A DNA stretch of 63,998 nucleotides, the filler included, from an uncultured bacterium (lineage in GTDB: Bacteria; CAYJOG01), in NCBI GenBank assembly GCA_964371695.1. It is 6 parts of 6 records of this genome, joined end to end, with 100 filler letters (N's around TTAATTAATTAA, not from the genome) between each part and the next. Parts side by side here need not be neighbours in the genome. Positions count along the whole stretch, not along the records: positions 47,248 to 58,705 come from CAYJOG010000047.1; 5 more parts are not named here. One strand, 5' to 3'. The stretch's first letter is position 1. Every line of letters starts with the position of its first letter. Below are positions 47,486-57,706 of the stretch, piece after piece. The translations under genes and the position numbers were made by a program. Below the pieces are notes generated by a model. That model was not told where the DNA came from. It saw only the letters and a list, made by a program, of their open reading frames with translations, and ran no database searches.

Positions 47486-49099
47486 ATGACCACTCAAAAG
47501 GCAAACGACGTGGTGAAGATATTCGACACCACACTGCGCGACGGGGAACAATCCCCAGGAGCCAGCATGAATCTCGACGAAAAGGTGGAGATGGCCCTCC
47601 AACTCAAAGACCTGCACGTCAATGTCATCGAGGCGGGGTTCCCCGTGGCCAGCCCCGGTGAACTAGAGAGCGTGAAAACCATTGCGGGACTGTTCAAGGA
47701 CAGCCCCCTGGTCACCATCGCGGCCCTGGCTCGCTGCCACACGCTGGACATCGACGCTGCCTGGGAGGCCGTGCAGCCCGCCAGCAGCAGGCGCATTCAC
47801 GTGTTCATCGCCACCAGCCCGGTGCACATGGAATACAAGCTGAAAAAGAAACCCGATGAAGTGCTGGCGCAGGCCGTGGAAATGGTGAAATACGCCGCAG
47901 CGAAATGGCCCAAGGGGCAGACGCCCGACCTGGAGTTCAGCGCCGAAGACGCCACCCGCAGCGACCCGGAATTCCTGAAGGAAATCTTCACCGCCGTCAT
48001 CCAGGCGGGGGCCACCACCATCAACGTACCCGACACCGTGGGTTACATCACACCCGTGGAAATTCACAAACTGTTCACCTACCTGATCGAAAACGTGTCC
48101 GGCGCGGACAGGGTGACGTGGTCGGCCCATTGCCACGACGACCTGGGTCTGGCGGTGGCCAACAGTCTGGCGGCGGTGCAGGCGGGGGCACGGCAGGTGG
48201 AATGCACCGTGAATGGCATTGGCGAGCGGGCGGGCAACGCCAGCCTCGAAGAAATCGTCATGGCCCTGAACACCCGTAAAAACGTGTTCCCCGTGCGCAG
48301 CACCATTGTCACCGAGCAGTTGTATCCCGCCAGCCGCAAGCTGAGCCGCCTCACCGGCATGTTGGTGCAGCGCAACAAGGCGGTGGTGGGCGAAAACGCC
48401 TTCGCCCACGAAAGCGGCGTGCATCAGCACGGCGTGATCGCCAACGCGCTGACCTACGAAATCATGACGCCCGAATCGGTGGGCCGCATGGGGGGCACCA
48501 GTCTGGTGATGGGCAAACACAGCGGCCGCGCCGGTCTGAAACAGAACCTGGAGCGCCTGGGTTACGCCTTCAGCCCAGATTCGCTCAACGAAATCTACAA
48601 ACGGTTCATGGAACTCTGCGACCGCAAAAAGAGCGTTTATGACGACGACCTGCACCGGCTGGTGCGCGGGGCCGCCGCCGAGGTGGAAGCCCAGTTTGAA
48701 CTGCTGGACCTGCAGGTGATGTGCGGCGGCGGCAAAATGACCCCCACCGCCTATGTGAAGCTGAAAACCCCGGACGGCGTGAAGGAAGGCTCCGCTTTTG
48801 GCGACGGGCCGGTGGACGCCGCCCTGTCAGTCATCCGCGAACTCACCGAACACACTGGCAAACTGGTGGAGTTTCGCATCCAGGCCGTTACCGAGGGGCG
48901 CGACGCCATGGGCGACGGCTACGTGAAGGTGCAGTTCGAGGAAAACGTCCTCAGCGGCAAAAGCAGCAGCACCGACATTGTGGACGCCGCCGTGCGGGCC
49001 TATCTGGACGCGCTGAACCGGTTCCTCGCCACACGGGAAGCTGGCGGCGGCAAGGTGCATCCGCAGCAGGACATTTACGCCGAGGCCGCCGGGGTTTAA
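47486..49099 (+). CDS. leuA: 2-isopropylmalate synthase
   Basis: DTTLRDGEQ, HCHDDLG, NGIGERAGN, AHESGVHQ, regulatory domain GDGPVDA. Confidence 0.96.
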   Translation: MTTQKANDVVKIFDTTLRDGEQSPGASMNLDEKVEMALQLKDLHVNVIEAGFPVASPGELESVKTIAGLFKDSPLVTIAALARCHTLDIDAAWEAVQPASSRRIHVFIATSPVHMEYKLKKKPDEVLAQAVEMVKYAAAKWPKGQTPDLEFSAEDATRSDPEFLKEIFTAVIQAGATTINVPDTVGYITPVEIHKLFTYLIENVSGADRVTWSAHCHDDLGLAVANSLAAVQAGARQVECTVNGIGERAGNASLEEIVMALNTRKNVFPVRSTIVTEQLYPASRKLSRLTGMLVQRNKAVVGENAFAHESGVHQHGVIANALTYEIMTPESVGRMGGTSLVMGKHSGRAGLKQNLERLGYAFSPDSLNEIYKRFMELCDRKKSVYDDDLHRLVRGAAAEVEAQFELLDLQVMCGGGKMTPTAYVKLKTPDGVKEGSAFGDGPVDAALSVIRELTEHTGKLVEFRIQAVTEGRDAMGDGYVKVQFEENVLSGKSSSTDIVDAAVRAYLDALNRFLATREAGGGKVHPQQDIYAEAAGV

Positions 49100-49126
49100 C
49101 CCCCTGCCCTCTTTCAGTTGAACGTC

Positions 49127-49153
49127 AAAGCCAGCCGCAAGGCTGGCTTTTTT
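49127..49153 (+). terminator. Intrinsic terminator
   Basis: AAAGCCAGCC-gcaa-GGCTGGCTTT followed by TTT. Confidence 0.85.
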
Positions 49154-49196
49154 GTGTATTTTCGAAAATGGTAGCGCCAAGGAGCGTGGCGGTCCT

Positions 49197-49356
49197 TCAC
49201 CTCTCCCCTTTATGGGGAGAGGTCGGATGGCTTGGCCTTTTGGGGCCAAGCCATCCGGGTGAGGGATTCAGACAAAAAGCAAAAACATCTGTTTGGTTTT
49301 TTGTTTTTGATTAAACCCCTCACCCCAACCCTCTCCCCATTAAAGGGGAGAGGGGG
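49197..49356. repeat. REP family B inverted pair (CCCCTCACCC...CCCTCTCCCC..GGGGAGAGGG)
   Basis: Also at 55396-55523 (pair), 58542-58613 and 58811-58858. Confidence 0.85.
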
Positions 49357-49370
49357 TGGGCATGGCTTTT

Positions 49371-49880
49371 TTATTTCTCCGCCGCGATTTTCTCGGCCAC
49401 TTTTTTGCTGGTGACCTTGTATTCCTCGGTCATGTTTTCCTTCAGCTTCTTCACCACGATTTCTTCAAAAATCACACCGATGATGGGCACCTTCAGTTTG
49501 ACCTCGCCAAAAATCACCCGGCGGGTTTTCTGGCCCTCGTCAAAAAACTTCGCGCCGCCTTTACACGAAAAAATATTCTTCAGATAAAACGGCTCGATCA
49601 TGAAACTGTCTTCTTTGATCTGGCTGTTGTATTCGCCGTGGTGAATCCAGGTGAGCATTTCGGGTTTGATGAGGTTTTGCAGCGCCCGTGGGATATCGCT
49701 GTGGGCGCAGAACTTCCACTTGATTTTGCGAATGGGGCCGGTGACGTTGCGAAAGATTTCTTCCATCTGGGTGACGTTGGGCAGTTCCGCCGGGTCCAGC
49801 AACGGTTCTTCGGCTTCCATCAGCCAGTGGGCCACCCTGTCGCGGGGGCCATCAAAATAATGCACCAGTTCAAACTTCAT
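49371..49880 (-). CDS. Hypothetical protein, possibly DUF2505/START-like fold
   Basis: 169-aa ORF with IPRAL..W, TRRVIFGEVKLKVPIIGVIFE pattern. Confidence 0.6.
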   Translation of the reverse strand: MKFELVHYFDGPRDRVAHWLMEAEEPLLDPAELPNVTQMEEIFRNVTGPIRKIKWKFCAHSDIPRALQNLIKPEMLTWIHHGEYNSQIKEDSFMIEPFYLKNIFSCKGGAKFFDEGQKTRRVIFGEVKLKVPIIGVIFEEIVVKKLKENMTEEYKVTSKKVAEKIAAEK

Positions 49881-49882
49881 GC

Positions 49883-50139
49883 CTACATCCCTTTCAGTCG
49901 GCGGATTTCGTCGTCTTTGGCCCGCAGGCTTTCGGCGAATTTCTGTTGCAGGGCCTTGGCCTGGGCCGCAGCCTGCTGCACCAGTTGTTCCTTCTCCTGC
50001 ACCATGGCAAAGAGTTTTTCCATTTCGGCTTTCTGTTTCTGCACCACCTGCAACAGCTTCTGGCGCTCGCGGCGTTCCGTCTCAAGGTCGCGGCGGATGT
50101 TTTNNNNNNNNNNAAATCAGAGGGTGAATAATTACTCAT
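49883..50139 (-). CDS. Small coiled-coil protein (N gap near start)
   Basis: Own translation NIRRDLETERRERQKLLQVVQKQKAEMEKLFAMVQEKEQLVQQAAAQAKALQQKFAESLRAKDDEIRRLKGM; probable start MSNYSPSD. Confidence 0.65.
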
Positions 50140-50193
50140 TCAGGGGCCTCCCCGGCGGGGGTTTGTTTGCGTGTCGTGTTTGGCATGGGATTC

Positions 50194-51273
50194 TCAGAAC
50201 TGCTCGCTGTCCAGCTCGCGGATGGCGCGCTCGATTTCGCTTTTGCGGTTGGAGACGGTGAGGCTCTCATTGTAATCAATCACGCCGTTGACCATGAGCG
50301 CCACCAGGGATTGTTCCAGGGTTTGCATGCCGAAGCCTTCCACGCTGGTGCGGATGGAGTCATAAAGACCGCTGGTCTGCTCCTGCACGATGAGGTCTGC
50401 AATGTGGGGCGTGTTGATGAGGATTTCCACAGCGGCCACCCGGCCTTCGCCGTCGCGGGTTTTCACCAGACGCTGGCTGATGATGGCCCTGAGGGTCATG
50501 GAAAGCTGGATGCGCAACTGGTGTTGCTGATCGGTGGGGAAGCTGTCGAGAATGCGGTCAATGGTCTGGCTGGCGTCGTTGGTGTGCAAGGTGCTGAACA
50601 CGATGTGGCCAGTTTCGGCGGCGGTGATGGCGGTGTGCATGGTTTCAAAATCGCGCATTTCGCCAATCACGATCACGTCGGGGTCTTGCCGGAAAACGCC
50701 TTTGAGGCCATCGCCAAAGGAGTGGATGTCGGTGCCCACCTCGCGCTGCATGATGGAGCACTGGTCGTCTCTGAAAAGAAACTCGATGGGGTCTTCGATG
50801 GTGATGATCTGATAACGCTCGGTCTGGTTCAGCCGCTGGATCATCGCGGCGATGGTGGTGGACTTGCCGCTGCCCGTGGGACCGGTGACCAGAATCAGCC
50901 CTTGGGGAATGTTGGTGATTTCGGGAATCACGGCGGGCAGTTGCAGGTCTTCGAGCTTGGGGATTTCAAAGGGAATGGTGCGCATGATGACCGCCGGGGT
51001 GCCCCGCTGAAACAGGATGTTGGCGCGAAAACGCGCCACGCCCGGAATGGCATAGGCCACGTCAATGCCCAGGTTTTTGAACAGCTTGCCCTTCTGGTCT
51101 TCGTTGAGCAGGGAGTCGATGAAACCCATCACGTCTTCCTTGGCCAGCCTGTCTTTTTCCATGGGCATCAGGCTGCCATCCAGGCGCATGAGGGGCGGGC
51201 GGCCGATTTTCAGGTGCAGGTCGCTGCCGCCGTGATGCACCATTTCTTCAAGGAGGGTGTTCAGGAGAACCAC
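50194..51273 (-). CDS. pilT: PilT/PilU family pilus retraction ATPase
   Basis: SDLHL, GPTGSGKSTT, TIEDPIE, QDPDVIVIGEMRD, TGHIVFSTLHT, GMQT. Confidence 0.93.
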   Translation of the reverse strand: MVLLNTLLEEMVHHGGSDLHLKIGRPPLMRLDGSLMPMEKDRLAKEDVMGFIDSLLNEDQKGKLFKNLGIDVAYAIPGVARFRANILFQRGTPAVIMRTIPFEIPKLEDLQLPAVIPEITNIPQGLILVTGPTGSGKSTTIAAMIQRLNQTERYQIITIEDPIEFLFRDDQCSIMQREVGTDIHSFGDGLKGVFRQDPDVIVIGEMRDFETMHTAITAAETGHIVFSTLHTNDASQTIDRILDSFPTDQQHQLRIQLSMTLRAIISQRLVKTRDGEGRVAAVEILINTPHIADLIVQEQTSGLYDSIRTSVEGFGMQTLEQSLVALMVNGVIDYNESLTVSNRKSEIERAIRELDSEQF

Positions 51274-51310
51274 GGGCCGGGATTATATCAACGGAAAGCC
51301 ATTCGTTGGC

Positions 51311-52819
51311 TCAAGCCATGGCCGGAGCCTGAATCAGGCTGCCCTTGCCCACTTTTTCGAGCAGGGCGTGAGCACGGCCCGTCACCTGAAAACGTTCGGC
51401 GGCTTCCTGCAGGTCGTCTTCAATGCGGTCCAGCCCCCGGCCCGTGATGTTGGCCACCACCAGATCGCCCTCTTTAAAAGCCCCCTGGGCGGCCAGTTTC
51501 ATGATGCAACTCACCACCACGCCTCCCACAAACTGACAAAACAGGCCCTCGGTCTCAAAAAGGTCCAGCAGGGCCAGAGACAGTTCCTGTTCCGAGGTCT
51601 TCATGGCCCCGCCCCCTGTGCGCCGCATGACAGAAAGCACCTGATGTCCGCTGCCGGGGTCTTCTATGGCGATGGACTTGGCCAGCGTGTCGGGATTGCG
51701 CACCGGCTTGATCTCGTTGGTGGCGTTCAGGAAGGCGTCCACCACGGTGGCGCAGGTGTCGGGCTGGGCGGCCCACAGCACGGCTTTGTAGTCCACCACC
51801 TTCAGGCGGTTCAGTTCTTCCATGCCCTTGATGGCGCTGGCCGCGAGCGCGCCGCTGCCGATGGGATAAACCTGATGCACCGGCCGGTCCTCGGCCACGT
51901 CAAAGTCATATTTCAGTTGCAGGGAGGTTTCATAACCGCTGGTTTTGCTGCCCTCTTTGTAATAGGGGCGGAAAATATCGTTGGGAATGAACACCGATCG
52001 GCGGCCTGTTTCTTCCACGCTCAACTGGTTGCAGCGCTGGGCCACCTCACTGGCAAACCGGTTGGCGCGGTCATAGGTGCCTTCCAGCCGCACCACCTCG
52101 CGCTGGGTGCTGTGCAGCATTTCGCGGGCGAACTCTTCCACCGTGTCTTCGCGGTTGGCCATGCCCCAGTCGTTGCGGGTCACCAGCCGGTTGGTGGGGG
52201 TGCTGCAATAGGCCTCCATGGCGCGCACCTTCACGTCGCCCAGGGTGTTGGGCACAAACATGAGGCAGCCAAAACCAGCCTCTTTGGCGCTGGCAACGGT
52301 GCTGATGCCCAGGTTGCCGGTGCTGGAGGTGATGACCTTGTTATAACCGCCATCTTCCAGCGCCTTGTTAAACGCCAGGGCCACGGGGCGGTCCTTGAAA
52401 CTGCCGGTGGGGTTGGCCATGTCCAGCTTCAGATAAAGCTCCAGCCGCACGCCATGTCGTTTTTCGATAAGCGTCTCCAGCGCACTGGCGCGCACCAGGG
52501 GCGTAAAGGGAGTGTGTTTGGCCGCCCGCACTTCGTTCACCGGCAGCAGTTCCTTGAGCAGCCAGAAATTGCCTCGCTGCTGTTGCTGCGCCAGATAACG
52601 GTCTTTCACGCTCTCGCGGGTAAGGATGCGCCCCAGGGCGTCTTCGTCATAACGCAGGTCCAGCGGCCCCATGCAGGCATAACAACCGTTTTGATACACC
52701 GTTTTGTGGCGGTTGATGAGTTCGGGCATGGTCTGTGTCTGGCCACAGCTCAGGCAGGTCATGTGGCTGACAAATCCGATTTTGTTGGGGCTGTTGTCGA
52801 GAAGTTTCATGGTGTTCAC
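51311..52819 (-). CDS. Threonine synthase-like PLP enzyme (RPYYxEGSKT type)
   Basis: NPTGSFKDR, SSTGNL, RPYYKEGSKT, AKSIAI, ETEGLF, ITGRG. Confidence 0.85.
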   Translation of the reverse strand: MNTMKLLDNSPNKIGFVSHMTCLSCGQTQTMPELINRHKTVYQNGCYACMGPLDLRYDEDALGRILTRESVKDRYLAQQQQRGNFWLLKELLPVNEVRAAKHTPFTPLVRASALETLIEKRHGVRLELYLKLDMANPTGSFKDRPVALAFNKALEDGGYNKVITSSTGNLGISTVASAKEAGFGCLMFVPNTLGDVKVRAMEAYCSTPTNRLVTRNDWGMANREDTVEEFAREMLHSTQREVVRLEGTYDRANRFASEVAQRCNQLSVEETGRRSVFIPNDIFRPYYKEGSKTSGYETSLQLKYDFDVAEDRPVHQVYPIGSGALAASAIKGMEELNRLKVVDYKAVLWAAQPDTCATVVDAFLNATNEIKPVRNPDTLAKSIAIEDPGSGHQVLSVMRRTGGGAMKTSEQELSLALLDLFETEGLFCQFVGGVVVSCIMKLAAQGAFKEGDLVVANITGRGLDRIEDDLQEAAERFQVTGRAHALLEKVGKGSLIQAPAMA

Positions 52820-54297
52820 CTCATGGCCGAGACAATGGCGTCCAGATCGTTGGGCACCGCCACAGGGCGGTTGGCGAAACGGCGGTGCCGCACATCGTAG
52901 GCTTCCATCTTTTTATCCAGTTCCGGGTCGGCGCCCTGGGCGTGATAACCGACGGTGGCATCCGGGTCTTTGAGCTGATGGCCGGTGCAGATGCACACCA
53001 CGGTTTCATCCAGGTGAATCACACCTTCCTCAAAGAGAAGGCGCACGCCTTCCACCGAGGCCGCCGAGGCTGGCTCGCAGCCGAACATGCCATTCAGGCC
53101 AATCACGGCCTTGGCGTCCAATATCGAAGCGTCATCCACACTGCGCACCACACCATTGGTGAAATCCAGCGCCCGCAGACACTTGGCCAGATTCACGGGT
53201 TTGCCAATTTCGATGGCGCTCGCGAGCGTGCGGGCGCGAATGCCCTTGGCTTTGCACTCGGCATAAAACGCTTTCACCAGCGCGTGATCCACATGGCCGC
53301 CGTTCCATTTCAGGCCCCGTTCGTTCACCAGCACATCCAGGGGGTTGGCCCCCTTGCTCTGAATCACCGCCAGCCGCGGCACCTTGTTGATCAGCCCCAG
53401 GGCCTTGAGTTCCATGAACGCCTTTCCAAAGGCGCTGGCGTTGCCCAGGTTGCCGCCGGGTACCACAATCCAGTCCGGGGCCTGCCAGCTCAGACCCTCC
53501 AGCACGCGGTACATGATGGTTTTCTGGCCTTCGAGCCGGAAGGGGTTGACGCTGTTGACGACGTAGATTTTTTCCTGGGCGGCCACCTTTTGCACGGCCT
53601 CCATGGCGTCGTCAAAATCGCCTTTTATCTGAATGGTGCGCGCGCCATATTCCAACCCCTGCGACAGCTTGCCATAGGCGATTTTGCCTTCGCCGATGAA
53701 TATGAAGGCGTCCAGAATGCCGCTGTTGCGGGCATAGGCCGCCAGCGCCGCGCTGGTGTTGCCCGTGCTGGCGCACACCGCCCGGCGCGCCCCCACCATG
53801 TGGGCGTGAGTAAACGCCGCCGTCATGCCATTGTCTTTGAAGCTGCCGGTGGGGTTCTGGCCTTCAAACTGGATGTAAAAATGGTTGCGGACAAACTCCT
53901 GTTCGTCGGCGGAAAGCGGGGGCTGTTTCAGGGCGTTGTTTTCCACTTCCAGCTTGCCGATTACATAACGCCCCACCAGGCTTTCGTGGATGGGAAAAGT
54001 GTGGCCCTCTGCGCCGTCCAGGCTCACAATCTGCTGGCTGTAACTTTCCAGACTGGCCACGTTCACATAGGGCAGCAGTTCGCGGAACCGCCACACGCCG
54101 CTGCGGTTGAAAATGTTCTTCAGGTTGTTGCGGCGGTTTTCAAAAAAACGCAGGTCGCGGGGTGGGTTGATCTGGTCCCAGTGATAGGTCACGTCCAGCA
54201 GCGATCCACACAGGGTGCAGGCGGTGAGGGCCTGCATCATGTCAAACTCTGTCCCACAGGCCGGGTTAATACATTTCTGGAAAGCAACGTTTTTCAT
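52816..54297 (-). CDS. thrC: Threonine synthase
   Basis: SGVWRF, NPTGSFKD, CASTGNTSA, RLEGQKT, VPGGNLGN, CEPASAAS, TGHQLKD. Confidence 0.92.
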   Translation of the reverse strand: MKNVAFQKCINPACGTEFDMMQALTACTLCGSLLDVTYHWDQINPPRDLRFFENRRNNLKNIFNRSGVWRFRELLPYVNVASLESYSQQIVSLDGAEGHTFPIHESLVGRYVIGKLEVENNALKQPPLSADEQEFVRNHFYIQFEGQNPTGSFKDNGMTAAFTHAHMVGARRAVCASTGNTSAALAAYARNSGILDAFIFIGEGKIAYGKLSQGLEYGARTIQIKGDFDDAMEAVQKVAAQEKIYVVNSVNPFRLEGQKTIMYRVLEGLSWQAPDWIVVPGGNLGNASAFGKAFMELKALGLINKVPRLAVIQSKGANPLDVLVNERGLKWNGGHVDHALVKAFYAECKAKGIRARTLASAIEIGKPVNLAKCLRALDFTNGVVRSVDDASILDAKAVIGLNGMFGCEPASAASVEGVRLLFEEGVIHLDETVVCICTGHQLKDPDATVGYHAQGADPELDKKMEAYDVRHRRFANRPVAVPNDLDAIVSAMR

Positions 54298-54466
54298 GAC
54301 CGCTCAGGATAGTCCCCTCCGGTTTTTCTGCCAATTGGCAGGGGCGGCAGTGTAGCAGGCGATTTTTGCGATGCCACGAAACGGAAAATTGGAAAATTGG
54401 CTTGCATACAACATATTTGCACCAATACGATGTCGAAATTCCAATAGTTTAGATGAGGAGTCTGAC

Positions 54467-55369
54467 ATGAAACTGCTGAAACCCCTGTGCACCGCCATGA
54501 CCGGTGTCGCCCTCTCTCTCACCCTGGCCTCCTGCGGCGGTGGGGGAAGCCCCACTGCGCCTGCGGTGGCCACCATTTCCAAAACCACCACCAAGGCCGC
54601 CACACAAAAAAGCGTGGATTCGGCAGCAGAGGCCAGCAACGCGCGCAAGCGGGCCAGCCGGGCCACAAACACCCTGGCGGGGCGGGCAGCCCGCAAGGCG
54701 TCGCTGGTGACTCAGACCAGCAACGGTTTCACCCTCACCAACGAACTCGACGCCGCCACCGGCTGCATCAGCAACGGTTCCCTGACCTATTCAGAAAACG
54801 GCAACACCTTTGCCCTCAACGGCTCCTGGACAGACACCCAGTGCAGCGACCCCACCGACAACGGCGTCTTCACCCTGAGCGGCACCATGACCTCCAACGA
54901 CAACGTCAACTACGCCATGTCGGTCTCGGTCAGTTTTCAGGAGACAGGCACCAACCTCAAGCTCACCGGCACCATCACGGGCGCCACCAACATGAACACC
55001 GACGCCACCACCATTTCCACTGTCAGCATTGGTCTGAATGGTCAGGCCAGCGATGGTTATGCCTACAGCAATTTCACCGTGGCCACGGCCTCCAACGGCA
55101 AGGTGAACATGTCCGGCACCATCACCGACCCCACTGGTTATGACCTCACCTTCCAGAGTGCATCACTGAACAGCGACGGTTCCGGCACCATGACGTTCAC
55201 CACCGAAGACGGCGTGAAAATGGCCATGACACTGAACGCCGACGGCTCTGGCACGGCCACGCTCACACAGTCCAACAACGGCGCGAGCCTGGGATCGGTC
55301 ACCTGGAACAGCAGCGGCGCGGCCACGCTGAACTACGCCGACGGCACCAACGAAACTTTGGCGGTGTAG
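54467..55369 (+). CDS. Thr/Ser/Asn/Gly-rich beta-strand lipoprotein
   Basis: GAGGAG SD, lipobox LASC followed by GGGG, repeated DGSGT turns. Confidence 0.8.
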   Translation: MKLLKPLCTAMTGVALSLTLASCGGGGSPTAPAVATISKTTTKAATQKSVDSAAEASNARKRASRATNTLAGRAARKASLVTQTSNGFTLTNELDAATGCISNGSLTYSENGNTFALNGSWTDTQCSDPTDNGVFTLSGTMTSNDNVNYAMSVSVSFQETGTNLKLTGTITGATNMNTDATTISTVSIGLNGQASDGYAYSNFTVATASNGKVNMSGTITDPTGYDLTFQSASLNSDGSGTMTFTTEDGVKMAMTLNADGSGTATLTQSNNGASLGSVTWNSSGAATLNYADGTNETLAV

Positions 55370-55538
55370 TGCATTTGAGTGCATTCGACATCGTTCCCTC
55401 TCCCCTCTGGGGAGAGGGTGCCCCGAAGGGGCGGGTGAGGGGCGAAACATGAACGAAACCATTGTTTTTTGCTTTTGCCTAAACCCCTCACCCCAACCCT
55501 CTCCCCGTTAAAGGGGAGAGGGGGAAAAAATTTCCTGG

Positions 55539-57581
55539 TTATCTGGGGAACGCCTCTTTCACGCCGCCGTCCACGGGAATCACCGCGCCGGTGGTGGCGG
55601 CGGCTTTGGAAGAAGCCAGAAACACCACCGCCTCGGCCACGTCCTGGGGGCTGACCTTGCGTTTGAGCAGGTTGCGCTGACGATAAAAATCTTCCAGTTC
55701 CTTTTCGGGAATCTTGTAGCTCTGGGCGCGGTTTTTGCGCAGGTCGTCGCTCCACAGGCCGCTGCCGGTGAACACCCCATCGGGGCTGACGATGTTCACC
55801 CGCACGCCTTCTTCGGCGGCTTCCACCGCCAGCACGCGGGCCAGTTGGGTAAGCGCCGCCTTGCTGGCGCTGTAGGCCCCAAAATCCTTGCCGGGGCCGT
55901 AGACGTTTTTGCTGCCGATGAACACCAGCCATCCCCCCCGGCCCTGTTTCGAGAGCACCTTCAGGGTTTCGCGGGCCAACACAAAATGGCCCGTGGCGTT
56001 GGTGCGCATCACGGTTTCCCAGTCTTCAAGCGAGGTGTCCTTGAGCGGCGCGCACCGGGCGATGCCCGCGTTGAACACCACACCGTCCAGCCCCCCAAAC
56101 CGCAGCACCGTTTCTTCCACCACCCGCAGCACGTCCTTTTCCTTTGTCAGGTCCGCCCCCAGGCAGATGGCCCGTTCCTCACCGGCGGCGTCGTTCAGTT
56201 CACGGGCCAGTTGGCACACGTCCCGACCATTCAAATCCACCAGCGCCAGGTGCGCCCCCTGGGCAAAAAACGCCTGGGAAACCGCCTTGCCAATGGCCCC
56301 TGCCGCGCCCCCCACCAGCACCACCTGCCGGGAAAAGGGTTTCTCCTGCGGGGCCAGCGTGAGTTTGAAATTTTCCATGGGCCAGTATTCAAAATCGCCC
56401 ATGTCGCGGGGTGAAATGCTCTTGAAGCCCCCCAGTCCGGCGCTTTGTGTCATCACGTTCAACCAGCGCAGGGCAATGTCCCGCGTCATGCCCGCAGTTT
56501 TTTTGTTTTTGCCCACACCCACCAACCCCAGGCCGGGCAGAAAAAGCACCCTGGGAACCGGGGGGAACAACACACTGCCCCTGGGGGCATGGCCTTTGGT
56601 ATAGGCCCCATAACGTTTGGCCCAGTCGGCCAAGGCTTTCTGAAAAACAGCCTCAAGGTCTTCGGCGCGGATTTTCTGCACATCCACCACCAGCGGCCAA
56701 GGGCGGGTGTGCAGCAGATGATCGGGCGTGGCCGGGCCGCCGGCGGCCAGCTTGGCCAGGTCTGGCCGGTTCAGCCGCGCCAGTGTGGCGGGGCTCTCAT
56801 CCAGGCTCAGCACACCCGCTTCAGGGCCCAGCAGGCCACGGAGCAGGGGCAGCACCTCCAGCGCCTTTTGACGGTGTTCGGTGACAGACACCGCCGATTG
56901 TCGGGCGGTTTTTGGGCTTTTGGCATGTCGGCGCAGATAACGTTCGGCTTTGTCCACCAGTGAAATGGTGCGCTCATAGGCTTCGCGGGCGGTGCCCGCC
57001 CAGGTGATGAGGCCGTGGTGATCCAGCACCAGGGCGGTGGCCGCAGGGTGCCGGGCCAGGGCCTGGGCGGCCTTCAGTGAGAGGTCAAAACCGGGGCGCA
57101 CATAGGGCACGATGGGCATGTCCCGGCCCAGGGCGGCGGCCACGTGTTTTGGCCCGTCTGGTGTGTTGGTGAGCGCCACGATGGCGTCGCTGTGTACGTG
57201 ATAAACGTGTTTTGCCGGAATAAAGGCGTGCAACAGGGTTTCGATGCTGGGCCGGGGGCCGCCGGGGTGCAACATGCAGTGGCCCAGATAAGCCACCATG
57301 TCCTCGTCGCTCAGTTTTTTGTGGGTTTTAAGGGCCAGCAGGGGTTCCAGATCGAGCGCGGCAATGTTTTTGGCCGTCAGCGTGCGCATGTCGCTGCCGC
57401 TGGCCTTGATGTAAAGGGCGGTGAGTTCGCGGCCACGGAAATCACGGGCGGGGGCCTTCACGCTGCTGTTGCCGCCGCCCCACACCACCAGTTCGGGTTC
57501 CAGGCCAATCAGGCGCGAGGCATAAACCNNNNNNNNNNTGTTCAGTGCGCTCGTGGCTTCTTCACTCCACTGACTCTTCAT
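55539..57581 (-). CDS. Bifunctional class II aldolase / short-chain dehydrogenase (RhaD-SDR like)
   Basis: GGGNSSVK, PSIETLLH, HVHSD, TPDH; SDR GAAGAIG, NAG, YSASK. Confidence 0.92.
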   Translation of the reverse strand: MKSQWSEEATSALNXXXXVYASRLIGLEPELVVWGGGNSSVKAPARDFRGRELTALYIKASGSDMRTLTAKNIAALDLEPLLALKTHKKLSDEDMVAYLGHCMLHPGGPRPSIETLLHAFIPAKHVYHVHSDAIVALTNTPDGPKHVAAALGRDMPIVPYVRPGFDLSLKAAQALARHPAATALVLDHHGLITWAGTAREAYERTISLVDKAERYLRRHAKSPKTARQSAVSVTEHRQKALEVLPLLRGLLGPEAGVLSLDESPATLARLNRPDLAKLAAGGPATPDHLLHTRPWPLVVDVQKIRAEDLEAVFQKALADWAKRYGAYTKGHAPRGSVLFPPVPRVLFLPGLGLVGVGKNKKTAGMTRDIALRWLNVMTQSAGLGGFKSISPRDMGDFEYWPMENFKLTLAPQEKPFSRQVVLVGGAAGAIGKAVSQAFFAQGAHLALVDLNGRDVCQLARELNDAAGEERAICLGADLTKEKDVLRVVEETVLRFGGLDGVVFNAGIARCAPLKDTSLEDWETVMRTNATGHFVLARETLKVLSKQGRGGWLVFIGSKNVYGPGKDFGAYSASKAALTQLARVLAVEAAEEGVRVNIVSPDGVFTGSGLWSDDLRKNRAQSYKIPEKELEDFYRQRNLLKRKVSPQDVAEAVVFLASSKAAATTGAVIPVDGGVKEAFPR

Positions 57582-57706
57582 GTGAAAAAAGGCTACCCAA
57601 GCAGCAGCCCGATAAAAAGCATTTCGGACATTTGGGTGAATAAAAACAAAAACAGTTTTTTTGCAGTGGCCGGTGGTGTGGTCCAGAATGGTGTTGGAGC
57701 GGTTTC

